A stretch of 64,000 bases of DNA from Alphaproteobacteria bacterium. GTDB lineage: Bacteria > Pseudomonadota > Alphaproteobacteria > CALKHQ01. This document shows, in pieces, positions 22,200 to 31,998 of this stretch. The notes under the pieces are model-generated. The model was not told the DNA's origin. It made no database searches and saw only the letters and a list, made by a program, of their open reading frames with translations. The stretch is taken from contig CBDDFZ010000001.1 of NCBI GenBank assembly GCA_965227515.1, forward strand, positions 1,088,001 through 1,152,000. Direction: 5' to 3'. The translations under genes and the position numbers were made by a program. Within the stretch, counting starts at the first letter, position 1. The number at the start of each line of letters is the position of its first letter.

Positions 22200-23057
22200 A
22201 TGGCGCTGAAATTTCGCCGCGGCGACCAGAGGCCGCCGCCGAGAGCGGGCAGTGGCGGGGCGGACAGTGGCCCGGCCGAAACGCCTGACCGGGGCGCGCC
22301 CGGCCTCAAGCTGCCGCAACGCACGGTGCTGGGGCCGCACCTCTCCATCAACGGCTCGCTGCGGGGCGACGACGACATCGTCATTCGCGGCCGCCTGGTC
22401 GGTAACGTGCGCGGACGGCGGGTGGAAGTGGCCACCGGCGCCGCTGTCGAGGGCGACATCACGGCCGAGGAGGTGCGCGTCGGCGGGGCGGTGAAGGGCA
22501 ATGTCGAGGCCGCCCGGATCGAGGTCGCGCGCGGCGGCGGCATCGAAGGGCGGCTGGAGAACGACGGCTCCTGCCTGATCGAGGGCGAGATCGAGGGCGA
22601 CATCAACTCGCGCGACGTGTTCATCGCCGTCGGTGCCGAGGTCGATGCCGTCATCACCGCCGACAAGGTGCGCTCCGCCGGGGCCATCGACGGGGTGATC
22701 GAGTCCACCGACCTGAAAATCGACGAGACCGGCCGGCTGCGCGGCGATATCGACAGCGACGGCCGGGTCGAGATTGCCGGCAAGGTGGAGGGCAAGATCC
22801 GCGCCCGCACTGTCGTCATCGCGGAGGGCGCGCACGTCGCCACCGTGATGAAGACCGGCGAGGCGGACGTGGCCGGCACCCTGACCGGCGAGGTGGTCTC
22901 GGCATCCGTCACCATCGCCGCCACCGCCTATGTCGATGCCACCATCGTCCACCATCAGATGAAGGTGGAGGACGGCGCGGTGGTGAAGGGCTCGCGCCCG
23001 TGGCGGCCGAAGAAGTACCTGCTGGACCGCGAGGAAGGCGAAACCGCGGCGGATTAG
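22200..23057 (+). CDS. Extended bactofilin with triplicated internal core
   Basis: Bactofilin first winding (TVLGPHLSINGSL), three gap-free 65-aa units, final winding (MKVEDGAVVKG). Confidence 0.88.
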   Translation: MALKFRRGDQRPPPRAGSGGADSGPAETPDRGAPGLKLPQRTVLGPHLSINGSLRGDDDIVIRGRLVGNVRGRRVEVATGAAVEGDITAEEVRVGGAVKGNVEAARIEVARGGGIEGRLENDGSCLIEGEIEGDINSRDVFIAVGAEVDAVITADKVRSAGAIDGVIESTDLKIDETGRLRGDIDSDGRVEIAGKVEGKIRARTVVIAEGAHVATVMKTGEADVAGTLTGEVVSASVTIAATAYVDATIVHHQMKVEDGAVVKGSRPWRPKKYLLDREEGETAAD

Positions 23058-23216
23058 ATCGGGATCAGCTTACGCTGAAGTCTGCGCCAGCCCTCTCCCC
23101 CGCCCGACCGCCCACGAAAGTATCCTGCTGGGTGGCCGGGTGCCAAAAGGGAGCGCGGACGCGCGACCGCATGAAGATGGGAGAGGGCCGGTGCCGACTT
23201 AGATGATCATGTTCTA
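23055..23216. repeat. MITE-like palindromic repeat, copy 1 (with internal insertion)
   Basis: TAGATCGGGATCAGCTTACGCTG...GGGAGAGGGCCGGTGCCGACTTAGATGATCATGTTCTA; homologous to 43323-43434 and 53003-53128. Confidence 0.88.
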
Positions 23217-24551
23217 CTTCCTGACCAGCCGCGCGATGAAGAACCCGTCCATGCCGCCGCGGTCGGCCCACATGGCGGGCAGGGTCTGCACGTCGCCATC
23301 GTGCGTGATGGCATCGGCAAGGCCGGGCAGTTCGTCGGCTGAGATGGGCCGCCTGGCGATGGCATCGTTGTCTGCCAGCGCCGCCGCGACGATATCCGGG
23401 CCTTCGTCGGCCTCCAGCGAGCAGACCGCATAGACCAGTGTCCCGCCGGGGATCAGCAACGACAGCGCGTGGGCCAGCAGGCGCGCCTGCACCTTCGCTT
23501 GGCGGGCGATGTCCTCCGGGCGGCGGGTCCAGGCGAGGTCCGGGTGGCGGCGGATGGTGCCGGTCGCCGAGCACGGCGCATCGAGCAGGATGCAGTCGGC
23601 GGGCTGCGGCGGCTGGTAGCTGGCGGCGTCGGCCTGGGCGATCTCCGCCTTCAACTGCAGGCGCGCGAGGTTCTGGCGCACGAGGTCGAGGCGGTCGCGA
23701 TCGCGGTCGAGCGCGGTGACGGCGGCCCCCATGGCGGCCAGTTGCGCGGTCTTGCCGCCAGGTGCGGCGCAGAGGTCGAGCACCCGGGCGCCCGCCGCCG
23801 GTGCCAGCAGGCGCACCGGCAGGGCCGCCGCGGTGTCCTGCACCCACCACGCGCCCCCCGTGAAGCCGGGCAGCGCGTCCACCGGGCCGGCATTGGCGAG
23901 CCGGAGCGTACCGGTCGGCAGCAATTCCGCGCCCAGTTCGCGCGCCCAATGATCGGCGGTGGCCGGATCGCGCAGGCTCAGGTCCAGCGGCGGCACCTGC
24001 GCATGTGCCTCAGCCATCCGCGCAGCGGCGGCCTCGCCGAACCGGGCGGTCCAACGCCGCCACAGCCAGTCCGGCGTGTTGCGCTGTACGGGCGGTATCT
24101 TGGCCGGTGGTTCTTCTCCGGCCTCCCCCTCGCGCACGATCCGGCGTAGCACGGCATTGACCAGGCCAGTGAATCCGCCGAGCTTGGCGGCGCGGGTCAG
24201 CGCCACCGCCTGGTCGATGGCGGCGTGCGGCGCGGTGTCCAGATAGCGCAGCTCACACACGCCGAGCCGCATCGCGTGGCGCGCGGCGACGGCCGACTTG
24301 GCGAGCTTTTTCGACAGGCAGGCGTCGATGGCGGCGTCGATGTCCCCCAACCGGCGCAGCGTGGTGGCAACCAGCGCGCGGGCGAACCGCCGGTCGGTCG
24401 GGTGCGGCAGGTCTGGCGCCTCGGCAAGCGCCCGGTCCAGGGTGACGCCCGTGTCCAGCACCTTGGCCAGCACCGCCATGGCCTGCCGGCGCGCGGGCGT
24501 GGGGCGCGTCGGATGCCCTCCACCGCTGCCCTTGCGGCCGTCGGCGCTCAA
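23214..24551 (-). CDS. rsmB: 16S rRNA m5C967 methyltransferase RsmB (NusB-like N-terminus)
   Basis: LVNAVLRR, VQDTAA, LDLCAAPGGKT, LLDAPCSATG, VYAVCSL, DGFFIARL; TTG start overlapping upstream stop inferred. Confidence 0.9.
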   Translation of the reverse strand: MSADGRKGSGGGHPTRPTPARRQAMAVLAKVLDTGVTLDRALAEAPDLPHPTDRRFARALVATTLRRLGDIDAAIDACLSKKLAKSAVAARHAMRLGVCELRYLDTAPHAAIDQAVALTRAAKLGGFTGLVNAVLRRIVREGEAGEEPPAKIPPVQRNTPDWLWRRWTARFGEAAAARMAEAHAQVPPLDLSLRDPATADHWARELGAELLPTGTLRLANAGPVDALPGFTGGAWWVQDTAAALPVRLLAPAAGARVLDLCAAPGGKTAQLAAMGAAVTALDRDRDRLDLVRQNLARLQLKAEIAQADAASYQPPQPADCILLDAPCSATGTIRRHPDLAWTRRPEDIARQAKVQARLLAHALSLLIPGGTLVYAVCSLEADEGPDIVAAALADNDAIARRPISADELPGLADAITHDGDVQTLPAMWADRGGMDGFFIARLVRK

Positions 24552-25441
24552 AACTGTTCTGTGGTGAAGGTCCAGATCGCCGTATTGGCGTCGATCTCGC
24601 GGCTGTGGCGTCCGGCGATCAGGCCATAGAGCGCCGACTGCGCGCCCGGCCAGGTATGGCCGCCGCCATTGACCACGATATGGACCAGCGGCTGTGAGCA
24701 GCCGAGGTAGCGGATGATGTCGACCGTGGTGCCGTCCAGCGGGCGGTTGGCCAGGTGAGCGGCAATCTCGGCGCCGGTGCAGATGTTGCGCACGGCCCAG
24801 TTGTTCATCGTCCAGTCGACCGAATAGGCGGTGCCGCGATCCCGGTCGCCGATATCGGCAATTGGGCCGCCATAGTAGGGCACCAGCTCGTCCTCGGTGC
24901 CGTGGATGAACATCATCGCCACCGGCTGGCCGCCCGGGCATTCGATGCCGAGCGGCACGTTGGCCGCGACCACGGTGTAGGCGGCGAACAGGGCCGGTGC
25001 CTCGCACGCCACCCTCAGCGCCATCATGCCGCCATTGGAGATGCCGGCGACCGCGGTGCGCGTCCGGTCGATGGTGCCGGCGGTGGCCAGGGTGTCGACG
25101 AGCGCCAGCAGGAAACCGACGTCGTCGGACGAGCCGGACGGATGGTTCGCGAGCATCTCTGACGTGCGGCCGTCGTTCCAGTGGTTGGCGGTCCCTTCCG
25201 GGTAGACGACGACAAAGCCCAGCTCGTCGGCGGCGTCGTTCAGTTCGGTGTAGCGGCGCATCACGTCGGCATCGCCGGCACCGCCATGCAGCGCGAACAG
25301 CGCCGGGGCCGGCAGGGTGAGCTGGCTCGGCACGTGGATTTCGTAGGTGCGGGCACGCCCGTTGACGAGCAGGCTCTCGGCTGCCGCGGGTGCTGCGACG
25401 GCAAAGGCCATGGCGAGGGCGATGATAAGGCGGGCGATCAT
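24548..25441 (-). CDS. Secreted LpqC/PHB-depolymerase-like esterase
   Basis: Signal peptide, LHGG, VVVYPEG, DDVGF, GISNGG nucleophile elbow, HGTED, GGGHTWPG. Confidence 0.88.
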   Translation of the reverse strand: MIARLIIALAMAFAVAAPAAAESLLVNGRARTYEIHVPSQLTLPAPALFALHGGAGDADVMRRYTELNDAADELGFVVVYPEGTANHWNDGRTSEMLANHPSGSSDDVGFLLALVDTLATAGTIDRTRTAVAGISNGGMMALRVACEAPALFAAYTVVAANVPLGIECPGGQPVAMMFIHGTEDELVPYYGGPIADIGDRDRGTAYSVDWTMNNWAVRNICTGAEIAAHLANRPLDGTTVDIIRYLGCSQPLVHIVVNGGGHTWPGAQSALYGLIAGRHSREIDANTAIWTFTTEQF

Positions 25442-25547
25442 GGCGGCGCACTATAGCCGGCGTTGTCGCCGTGCGACAGTCGACGCTTGACGCCCCGCCG
25501 CCGCATTCGGCAGCCTGACACGAAATCATTCCAACACACGGGAGGGA

Positions 25548-26123
25548 ATGGAGATGGACCCAGCCGAGCTGGCGTTGCTGGCCGACGTGCTGCTGCCGGG
25601 GAGCGCCCGGTATCCGGCGGCAAGCACGGTCGGCGTCCACGGCGTGATGGCGGACCGCCTGCGCAAGCTGGGCGGGACCGCGCTGCTGGAGGCGCTGGCC
25701 GACGCGATGGCTGGCAGCGGCGGGCCGCTCGGCCCGCTCGACCGGTCGGCGCGGCAACAGGTCGTCGCCAGGCTCGAGGCCGACCATCCGGACCTGTTCG
25801 GCCATGTCAGGCTTGCCGCCTACACAGCCTACTACGAGAGCCCGGCGGTGGTCGCGGCGGTGCGCGCGTCCGGCATCGCCTACAACGATGCGCCGCAGCC
25901 GAACGGCTATGCGATGGCGCCGTTCGACCCGGCCAATCCGCAGGATGCGCCCACCCATCGCCGTGGCGGCTATGTCGCCACCGGCGCGGTGCGGCGCGTC
26001 GACTTGTCCACATTGCCCGAGGACCCGCTGGCGCCGGAAATCGTCGACCAGAACCTCGGCGTGGCCACTGGGCGCGGCAACCTGTCGTCCGGTACCCGCA
26101 AGGATGCCGGAGGCCGGCCATGA
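25548..26123 (+). CDS. Gluconate 2-dehydrogenase subunit-3-like partner protein
   Basis: LADVLLPG...YTAYYESPAV; stop overlaps GMC start (ATGA). Confidence 0.65.
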   Translation: MEMDPAELALLADVLLPGSARYPAASTVGVHGVMADRLRKLGGTALLEALADAMAGSGGPLGPLDRSARQQVVARLEADHPDLFGHVRLAAYTAYYESPAVVAAVRASGIAYNDAPQPNGYAMAPFDPANPQDAPTHRRGGYVATGAVRRVDLSTLPEDPLAPEIVDQNLGVATGRGNLSSGTRKDAGGRP

Positions 26124-27781
26124 CCGGTACCCGGCCCACCATCCATGACCCGGTCGACGTGGTGGTGGTCGGCGCCGGACCCGGCGGGGCGATCACCTCG
26201 ATGGTTCTGGCTGAGCAGGGCATCAAGGTTGCCTGCCTGGAGCAGGGGCCGTGGTTCCGGCCGCAGGATCGCCCGCACGCGTCGACGGACTGGGAGTGGC
26301 GGCGGCTGACCGACTGGTCGACCGCGCCGAACGTGCGCGCCCGGCCCTACGACTACCCGGTCGATTCCGTCGACGAGAGCACGCTGATGTGGAACGGCGT
26401 CGGCGGCGGCACCGGCATCTACACCGCGACCTGGCCGCGCTATCGCCCGTCGGACTTCCGCAAGGGCGACGAGCATGGGCTGGCCCCGAACTGGCCAATC
26501 GCATACGAGGATCTGGCGCCGTTCTTCGAGAAGGCGGACCAGGCATGCGGCGTCGCCGGCTGGGCCGGCGATCCGGCCATGCCCGAACGCGGGCCGTTCC
26601 AGACCCTGCCGGTGCCGCGCGGCGGCATGGGGCGCATCGCGGCGGCCGGTTTCGACAAGCTTGGGTGGCACTGGTGGCCGATGCCGATGGCGATCCTGTC
26701 CCAGCCGCACGCCGGCCGCCCGGCCTGCAACAACTGCGGCAACTGCCAGAACGGCTGCCCGACCGGGGCGATGGCCGACATGGCGGTCACCCACTGGCCA
26801 CGCGCGTTGGCCGCCGGGGCGGAATTGCGCACCGAATGCCGGGTGGAGCGGGTGGAGACGGATGACCGTGGCCGGGCGACCGGCGTGGTCTATGTGGACC
26901 GCAACACCGGCGTGCGGCACTGGCAGCCGGCCGACGTGGTGGTGCTGGCGGCCAACGGTGTCGGCACCTCGCGGCTGATGCTGCTGTCGGAGGGCGCGCG
27001 GCATCCGAACGGGCTCGCCAACAGCTCCGACCAGGTCGGCCGCAACCTGATGCACCACACCCTCGGCATCGTGGAGTGCTGGGTCGACGACGTGACCGAC
27101 TGTCACCAGGGCATCATCTCCGCCACCGCGATCTGCGAGGAGTTCGCCGAGACCGACACCTCGCGCGGCTTCGTCAACGGCGTCACCCTCCACATCGTGC
27201 GCATGAACGGGGCCGGCTACCAGGCGCTGGGCTCGCACTCGGGCAATGTCGCGCCCTGGGGTGCCGGCCACCATGACTGGTTCGAGCGCCACTTCGCGCG
27301 CGGCATCGGCATCCTGGTGGTCGGCGACGACCTGCCGCGACCGGACAACCGAGTCACCCTGTCGCCCGACGTGGTCGACAGCGACGGGCTGCCGGCGCCG
27401 CACATCGCCTATGGCATGTGCCGCAATGACGCGCGGCTGGCGCAGTTCGGGCTCGACCGGGCGGTGGAGTTCGCCGAGGCGGTCGGCGCCCACGACATCA
27501 AGGTGAACCCGTTCCGCAACGAGGCGGGGCGTTACGCGCCGCCGGCTTGGCACCTGCTGGGCACGGCGCGGATGGGCGACGACCCCACGACCTCGGTGGT
27601 CAACAAGTGGCACCAGGCCTGGGACTGCCCCAACCTCTACGTCATGGACGGCAGCGTGATGGTGACCGGGGCGGCGATCAACCCGACCAGCACGATCACC
27701 GCACTCGCCTACCGCGCGGCCGAGCGGCTGGCGGCGCGTTTCGCCGAGGCGCGCACCGCCGATGGGCCGCTGGAGGATTGA
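26120..27781 (+). CDS. GMC family FAD oxidoreductase
   Basis: VVVGAGPGG, GVGGGT, CNNCGNCQNGCP Fe-S motif, VGRNLM, HLLGTARMG, NPTSTI. Confidence 0.94.
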   Translation: MTGTRPTIHDPVDVVVVGAGPGGAITSMVLAEQGIKVACLEQGPWFRPQDRPHASTDWEWRRLTDWSTAPNVRARPYDYPVDSVDESTLMWNGVGGGTGIYTATWPRYRPSDFRKGDEHGLAPNWPIAYEDLAPFFEKADQACGVAGWAGDPAMPERGPFQTLPVPRGGMGRIAAAGFDKLGWHWWPMPMAILSQPHAGRPACNNCGNCQNGCPTGAMADMAVTHWPRALAAGAELRTECRVERVETDDRGRATGVVYVDRNTGVRHWQPADVVVLAANGVGTSRLMLLSEGARHPNGLANSSDQVGRNLMHHTLGIVECWVDDVTDCHQGIISATAICEEFAETDTSRGFVNGVTLHIVRMNGAGYQALGSHSGNVAPWGAGHHDWFERHFARGIGILVVGDDLPRPDNRVTLSPDVVDSDGLPAPHIAYGMCRNDARLAQFGLDRAVEFAEAVGAHDIKVNPFRNEAGRYAPPAWHLLGTARMGDDPTTSVVNKWHQAWDCPNLYVMDGSVMVTGAAINPTSTITALAYRAAERLAARFAEARTADGPLED

Positions 27782-27798
27782 GGGAATGTCAAATTTCC

Positions 27799-27929
27799 CC
27801 CTCACCCTCCCAGACCTGACGGTCTGGGTCCCTCCCTCTCCCACGTGGGGGAGAGGGGCTTGCCGCCTCGTTCCCTCTCCCTCTGGGAGAGGGAGGGGCC
27901 CGGCGCCAAAGGCGACGGGAGGGTGAGGG
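27799..27929. repeat. Palindromic REP-like element (CCCTCACCC...GGGTGAGGG type)
   Basis: Terminal CCCTCACCCTCCC/GGGAGGGTGAGGG with internal CCCTCTCCC/GGGAGAGGG hairpins; second copy at 62566. Confidence 0.85.
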
Positions 27930-27951
27930 TCGACCTAACTGCCACGTTCCA

Positions 27952-28371
27952 TCAGCGCGGTTCGTACCGATAGCGCACGTATGGCGGCGTCTCGTCGAGA
28001 CGCTCCTCGGCGGCGGTCATGCCGAAGCGGTCGTAGAACCGCCGGGCCTCGGCGTGGTCGGGCGCGCATTTCAGCTCGAACGCGCCGCCCAGCACGTCGG
28101 CTGCCATCAGCAGCAGGTCGCGGCCGATGCCCTTGCGGCGCCATTTCGGGTCCACGACCAGGTAGTGGACAAACCTCTCCGGCGTCCACAGCGTCGCAAG
28201 GCCGACGATGCGGCCGTCGTTATCTGCCACCCAGAAGTCCTCGCCCTTGGTCTTGCGACGGAAGTCGGCCTCCGACTGCGGGTCGTCAGGGTCGAGTTCG
28301 GTCATCACCCGCGCCCACAGCCGCGCGCAGGCGGCCTGTTCTCGCGGACCGGCGGGCCTGATGGTGATCAT
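27952..28371 (-). CDS. GNAT family N-acetyltransferase
   Basis: LVVDPKWRRKGIGRDLL, ARRFYDRFGM. Confidence 0.88.
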   Translation of the reverse strand: MITIRPAGPREQAACARLWARVMTELDPDDPQSEADFRRKTKGEDFWVADNDGRIVGLATLWTPERFVHYLVVDPKWRRKGIGRDLLLMAADVLGGAFELKCAPDHAEARRFYDRFGMTAAEERLDETPPYVRYRYEPR

Positions 28372-28425
28372 GCGGTGCTCGGTTTGCACTGAGTGAAACG
28401 ATGCTCCGACACCAGCAATCCCCCG

Positions 28426-28519
28426 TCGTCATGCCCGCACTTGTTGCGGGCATCCACGTCTTGTTGGCCGCTTGAGCGGCCATTCTCGTGGATGCTCGGG
28501 ACAAGCCCGAGCATGACGA
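28426..28519. repeat. REP doublet (GTCATGCCCG..CTTG..CGGGCATCCAC type)
   Basis: Two inverted REP units; related to 42169-42344. Confidence 0.85.
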
Positions 28520-28543
28520 AATTTGATTGTCGGACCCCTACGC

Positions 28544-29449
28544 CTACTCCTTCACCGCGCCGGTCAGGCTGGAGACGTAGTACTCGACGAAGAACGAGTA
28601 GAAGATCGCCACCGGTATCGAGCCGAGCAGCGCGCCGGCCATCAGCGAGCCCCAGTGATAGATGTCGCCCTGGACCAGCTGGGTCAGCACCGCCACCGGC
28701 ACGGTTTTGTTCTCCGACGACTGGATGAACGCCAGCGCGTAGATGAACTCGTTCCACGACAAGGTGAACGCGAAGATGCCGGCGGAGATCAGCCCCGGCA
28801 CCGCCAGCGGCAGGGTTATGCGCCACAGGATCTGCAGTCGCGACGCCCCGTCTATCAGCGCACACTCCTCCAGCTCGTACGGGATCGACTTGAAATAGCC
28901 GATCAAGAGCCAGGTACAGAACGGTATCAGGAACGTCGGATAGGTCAGGATCAGCGCCATCGGGCTGTCGAACAGCCCGAACTCGAACACCATGGTCGCC
29001 AGCGGGATGAACAGGATCGAGGGCGGCACCAGATAGGCCAGATAGATCGCCAGCCCCACCCACTGCGAGCCCTTGAAGCGCAGGCGCTGAATCGCATAGG
29101 CCGCCAGCACGCTGGCGAACACCGAGATGAAGGTGGCCACGACGGCGACCACCATGGTGACGATCAGCCAGCTCGGGTAGTCGGTCTCGAACAGCAGGAA
29201 CTCGATGTTGTCCAGGGTCGGCGACTCTGGCCAGAACGGCGTGTGTTCGGAGTAGTTGATCAGCTCGTCGTTCGGCTTCAGCGTGGTGACGGTCATCCAG
29301 TAGAACGGAAACAGCAGGATGATCACGAAGCACGACAGCGGGATGTAGAGCATCACGACCCGGCGCGGGACCGAGTCCCAGCTCTTCGGACCGTGTTGCT
29401 CCTTGGCGATGCTGACGCTGCGCTCGGTTTCCTGGATCGCGTCAGTCAT
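28544..29449 (-). CDS. Carbohydrate ABC transporter permease (MalG-like)
   Basis: ELEECALIDGAS EAA loop, SWNEF. Confidence 0.95.
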   Translation of the reverse strand: MTDAIQETERSVSIAKEQHGPKSWDSVPRRVVMLYIPLSCFVIILLFPFYWMTVTTLKPNDELINYSEHTPFWPESPTLDNIEFLLFETDYPSWLIVTMVVAVVATFISVFASVLAAYAIQRLRFKGSQWVGLAIYLAYLVPPSILFIPLATMVFEFGLFDSPMALILTYPTFLIPFCTWLLIGYFKSIPYELEECALIDGASRLQILWRITLPLAVPGLISAGIFAFTLSWNEFIYALAFIQSSENKTVPVAVLTQLVQGDIYHWGSLMAGALLGSIPVAIFYSFFVEYYVSSLTGAVKE

Positions 29450-30398
29450 CCTTGCCTCCCTGCTGCCACTTACGCTTGGCCAGCGCGAAATAGCTGAAGA
29501 AGGTCGCCGCGATCAGGAACGGGATCATCGCCACCGCGATGGCCGCCCCCTCGCCGAGTTGCGCCCCCGGCACGCCGCGCTGGTAGGCCAGCGTTGCCAT
29601 CAGGTGGGTTGAGTTGACCGGCCCGCCACGGGTGATGGCGTAGACGAGCTGGAAGTCGGTGAAGGTGAAGATGACCGAGAAGGTCAGCACCACCGCCAGG
29701 ATCGGCATCAGCATCGGCAGGGTGATGTTCCAGAACCGCTGCCATGGCGAGGCGCCGTCGATCATCGCCGCCTCGTAGAGCGAGGGCGAGATCGTTTGCA
29801 GCCCGGCCAGCAGGCAGATGGCGACGAACGGGATGCCGCGCCACACATTGGCGGCGATCAGCGACATCCGCGCGTTCCACGGGTCGCCAAGGAAATCGAT
29901 ATAGGTCTCGCGCCAGCCCAGCACGTCGACCAGAAGGAACGAGATGATCGAGAACTGCGGGTCGTAGATCCACCAGAAGGCGATGGCCGACAGCACGGTC
30001 GGCACGATCCACGGCACCAGGATGATGGCACGCAGCAGCGACTTGAACGGCAAGTGGTTGTTCAACAGGATCGCCAGCCACAGACCGAGCCCGAATTTCA
30101 GGATCGTCGCGGCGACCGTGTAGAGACAGGTCCACCACACCGACATCCAGAAGACGCGGTCGCTGAACAAGAGCTCGTAATTGAAGCCGCCGATCCATTC
30201 ACCCATGCGGCCGATGCGCGTGTCGGTGAACGCCATCCATATGCCCAGGCCCAATGGGTAGGTCAGGAACAGCAGCAGCAGCCCGGCGGCCGGTGCCATG
30301 CACAGGATGATCAGGAACTTCTTGTTGTCGAACAGCCGGGATATCCAGTTGTTCTGATAACCGGCCGTTACCAGGTCCTCTGAGGCGGTCGTTGCCAC
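29442..30398 (-). CDS. Carbohydrate ABC transporter permease (MalF-like)
   Basis: LYEAAMIDGA, ITLP, TRGGP; GTG start. Confidence 0.95.
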   Translation of the reverse strand: MATTASEDLVTAGYQNNWISRLFDNKKFLIILCMAPAAGLLLLFLTYPLGLGIWMAFTDTRIGRMGEWIGGFNYELLFSDRVFWMSVWWTCLYTVAATILKFGLGLWLAILLNNHLPFKSLLRAIILVPWIVPTVLSAIAFWWIYDPQFSIISFLLVDVLGWRETYIDFLGDPWNARMSLIAANVWRGIPFVAICLLAGLQTISPSLYEAAMIDGASPWQRFWNITLPMLMPILAVVLTFSVIFTFTDFQLVYAITRGGPVNSTHLMATLAYQRGVPGAQLGEGAAIAVAMIPFLIAATFFSYFALAKRKWQQGGKDD

Positions 30399-30433
30399 TT
30401 AAGGTTCCATCGCGATGTCAGGATGGGTGCGAA

Positions 30434-30462
30434 CCCCCGCCGGCGCGCGTGGCCGGCGGGGG
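30434..30462. terminator. GC-rich intercistronic hairpin after SBP gene
   Basis: CCCCCGCCGGC/GCCGGCGGGGG. Confidence 0.55.
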
Positions 30463-30505
30463 CACGGGTTCAGCTGTTACGGGCCCAGAAAGTTCGGGCG
30501 CCCGA

Positions 30506-31837
30506 TCAGCGGTAGTAGCGCAGGCAGCGGCGCTCGGCCTCTTCGGCGGCCTCTTCCGGCGTGGCCTGGTCGGCGCACACCGAGGCGACCATCTGCACGA
30601 CGATGAAGTCGGACAGAACCGCGGCACTCGCCTCGCCGATCGAACCCCTGTAGCCATCCCACAGCGAGTCCGAGATCACGCTCTTGTACGCTTCGTGCTT
30701 CGGATCGGTCGTCCAAACCTCGGACTCCTCGTAGGCACTCAGCGGGTGGCCCCAATAGCCGATGCAGGCGTTCAGGTACGGGTCGTACTGCTCCGCCTCC
30801 ATCATGAAGGTCATGTAGGTCTTCGCGGCATTCGGGTACGGCGAGTAGTCGAAGATCATGCCGTTGACGATCAGGCAACGCTCGGTCGCGAAGCCCACCG
30901 GGCCGATCGGCATCCGCGCGTGGAACGTGTCCTCGGCCAGCGCCTGCAGCGCCGGGTCGTCGGATGTCTTCAGCGCGTAGTAGATGGAGATGCCGTTCTG
31001 GGTCCAGCTGATCTGGCTGTCGACGAACGCCTTGTTGTTGGACGCATCCAGCCACGCCAGCGTGCCCGGAATGAAGGTCTCGTACAGCGACTTGCCGTAG
31101 CGTAGGGCCTCGATCGTCTCCGGGCTGTTGATGATGACGTTGTCGTCCTCGTCGGTGACCGCGCCGCCGAAGGCCCACAGCAGCCAGTTGCACCACGCAT
31201 TGCCGTCGCCGACCGCGTTGCCGACGGCCAGGCCGCCCGGCGTGCCCATCTCGTTGAGCTTGGCGCTCATCGCCAGGAAGCCCTCGACGTCCGACGGCGG
31301 CTCTTCGTAGCCTGCCGCCTGCAGCATCGACTTGCGATAGACCACGCGACCGCCGGAGGCGCCCAACGGCATGGCGATCCAGCGCCCGCCCGACGTGCCG
31401 TAGCGCTCGGCCAGCGGATACCAGCCGCCGTACTTGTCGCCCAGATAGCCGGCGATGTCGCTCAGGTCGACCAGGCTGTCGGCGAACTTGTGCGGGTCGT
31501 CCGACCACGCATAGACGATATCCGGCCCCTCGCCGACATTGGCCGACACCGCGGTGCGGGGGCGCAGGTCTTCCCAGCTCTCCACGTCGACCGTCACCGG
31601 AATGCCGGTGGCGTCGATGAACTTCTGGGTGTTCTCCATGAACAGGCGTTCGTCGCCGTCGACGAACTTGGAGGGACGCAGGACGCGCAGTTCCGCGCCG
31701 TCCTCGATCGGCAGGTCGGGCATCGTCGCGCCCGCGTTGACCGGGATTTCCGCGCGCAGGCCGGTACCGAACAGCGTGGTGCCGGCCAGCGCGCCGGCGC
31801 CGAGTTTGATGGTATCTCGTCGAGTGAATCGAGACAT
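30506..31837 (-). CDS. Carbohydrate ABC transporter substrate-binding protein (Tat)
   Basis: FTRRDTIK Tat signal; family-1 SBP layout; upstream of the two permeases. Confidence 0.92.
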   Translation of the reverse strand: MSRFTRRDTIKLGAGALAGTTLFGTGLRAEIPVNAGATMPDLPIEDGAELRVLRPSKFVDGDERLFMENTQKFIDATGIPVTVDVESWEDLRPRTAVSANVGEGPDIVYAWSDDPHKFADSLVDLSDIAGYLGDKYGGWYPLAERYGTSGGRWIAMPLGASGGRVVYRKSMLQAAGYEEPPSDVEGFLAMSAKLNEMGTPGGLAVGNAVGDGNAWCNWLLWAFGGAVTDEDDNVIINSPETIEALRYGKSLYETFIPGTLAWLDASNNKAFVDSQISWTQNGISIYYALKTSDDPALQALAEDTFHARMPIGPVGFATERCLIVNGMIFDYSPYPNAAKTYMTFMMEAEQYDPYLNACIGYWGHPLSAYEESEVWTTDPKHEAYKSVISDSLWDGYRGSIGEASAAVLSDFIVVQMVASVCADQATPEEAAEEAERRCLRYYR

Positions 31838-31998
31838 GCAACACCTCCCTAGTCGACCGCAATTCAGCAGCCTGATTTGTTTTTGGGAGGGGCATCATGC
31901 CCAATCGCCACTAACGGCGCAACAGACAGCTTTTGAAGTTCAAGTATTTGTCGGTGCAGGAAAAATCGACCCTGTCGGATGCTTGCGCTGAATCCGAT

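Noticed and set aside
23214-25958. 914-aa apparent RsmB fusion
   Set aside because: The N-terminal half is an Arg-rich off-frame read of the esterase gene and an antisense read of the GMC-partner gene; the true start is about 24551
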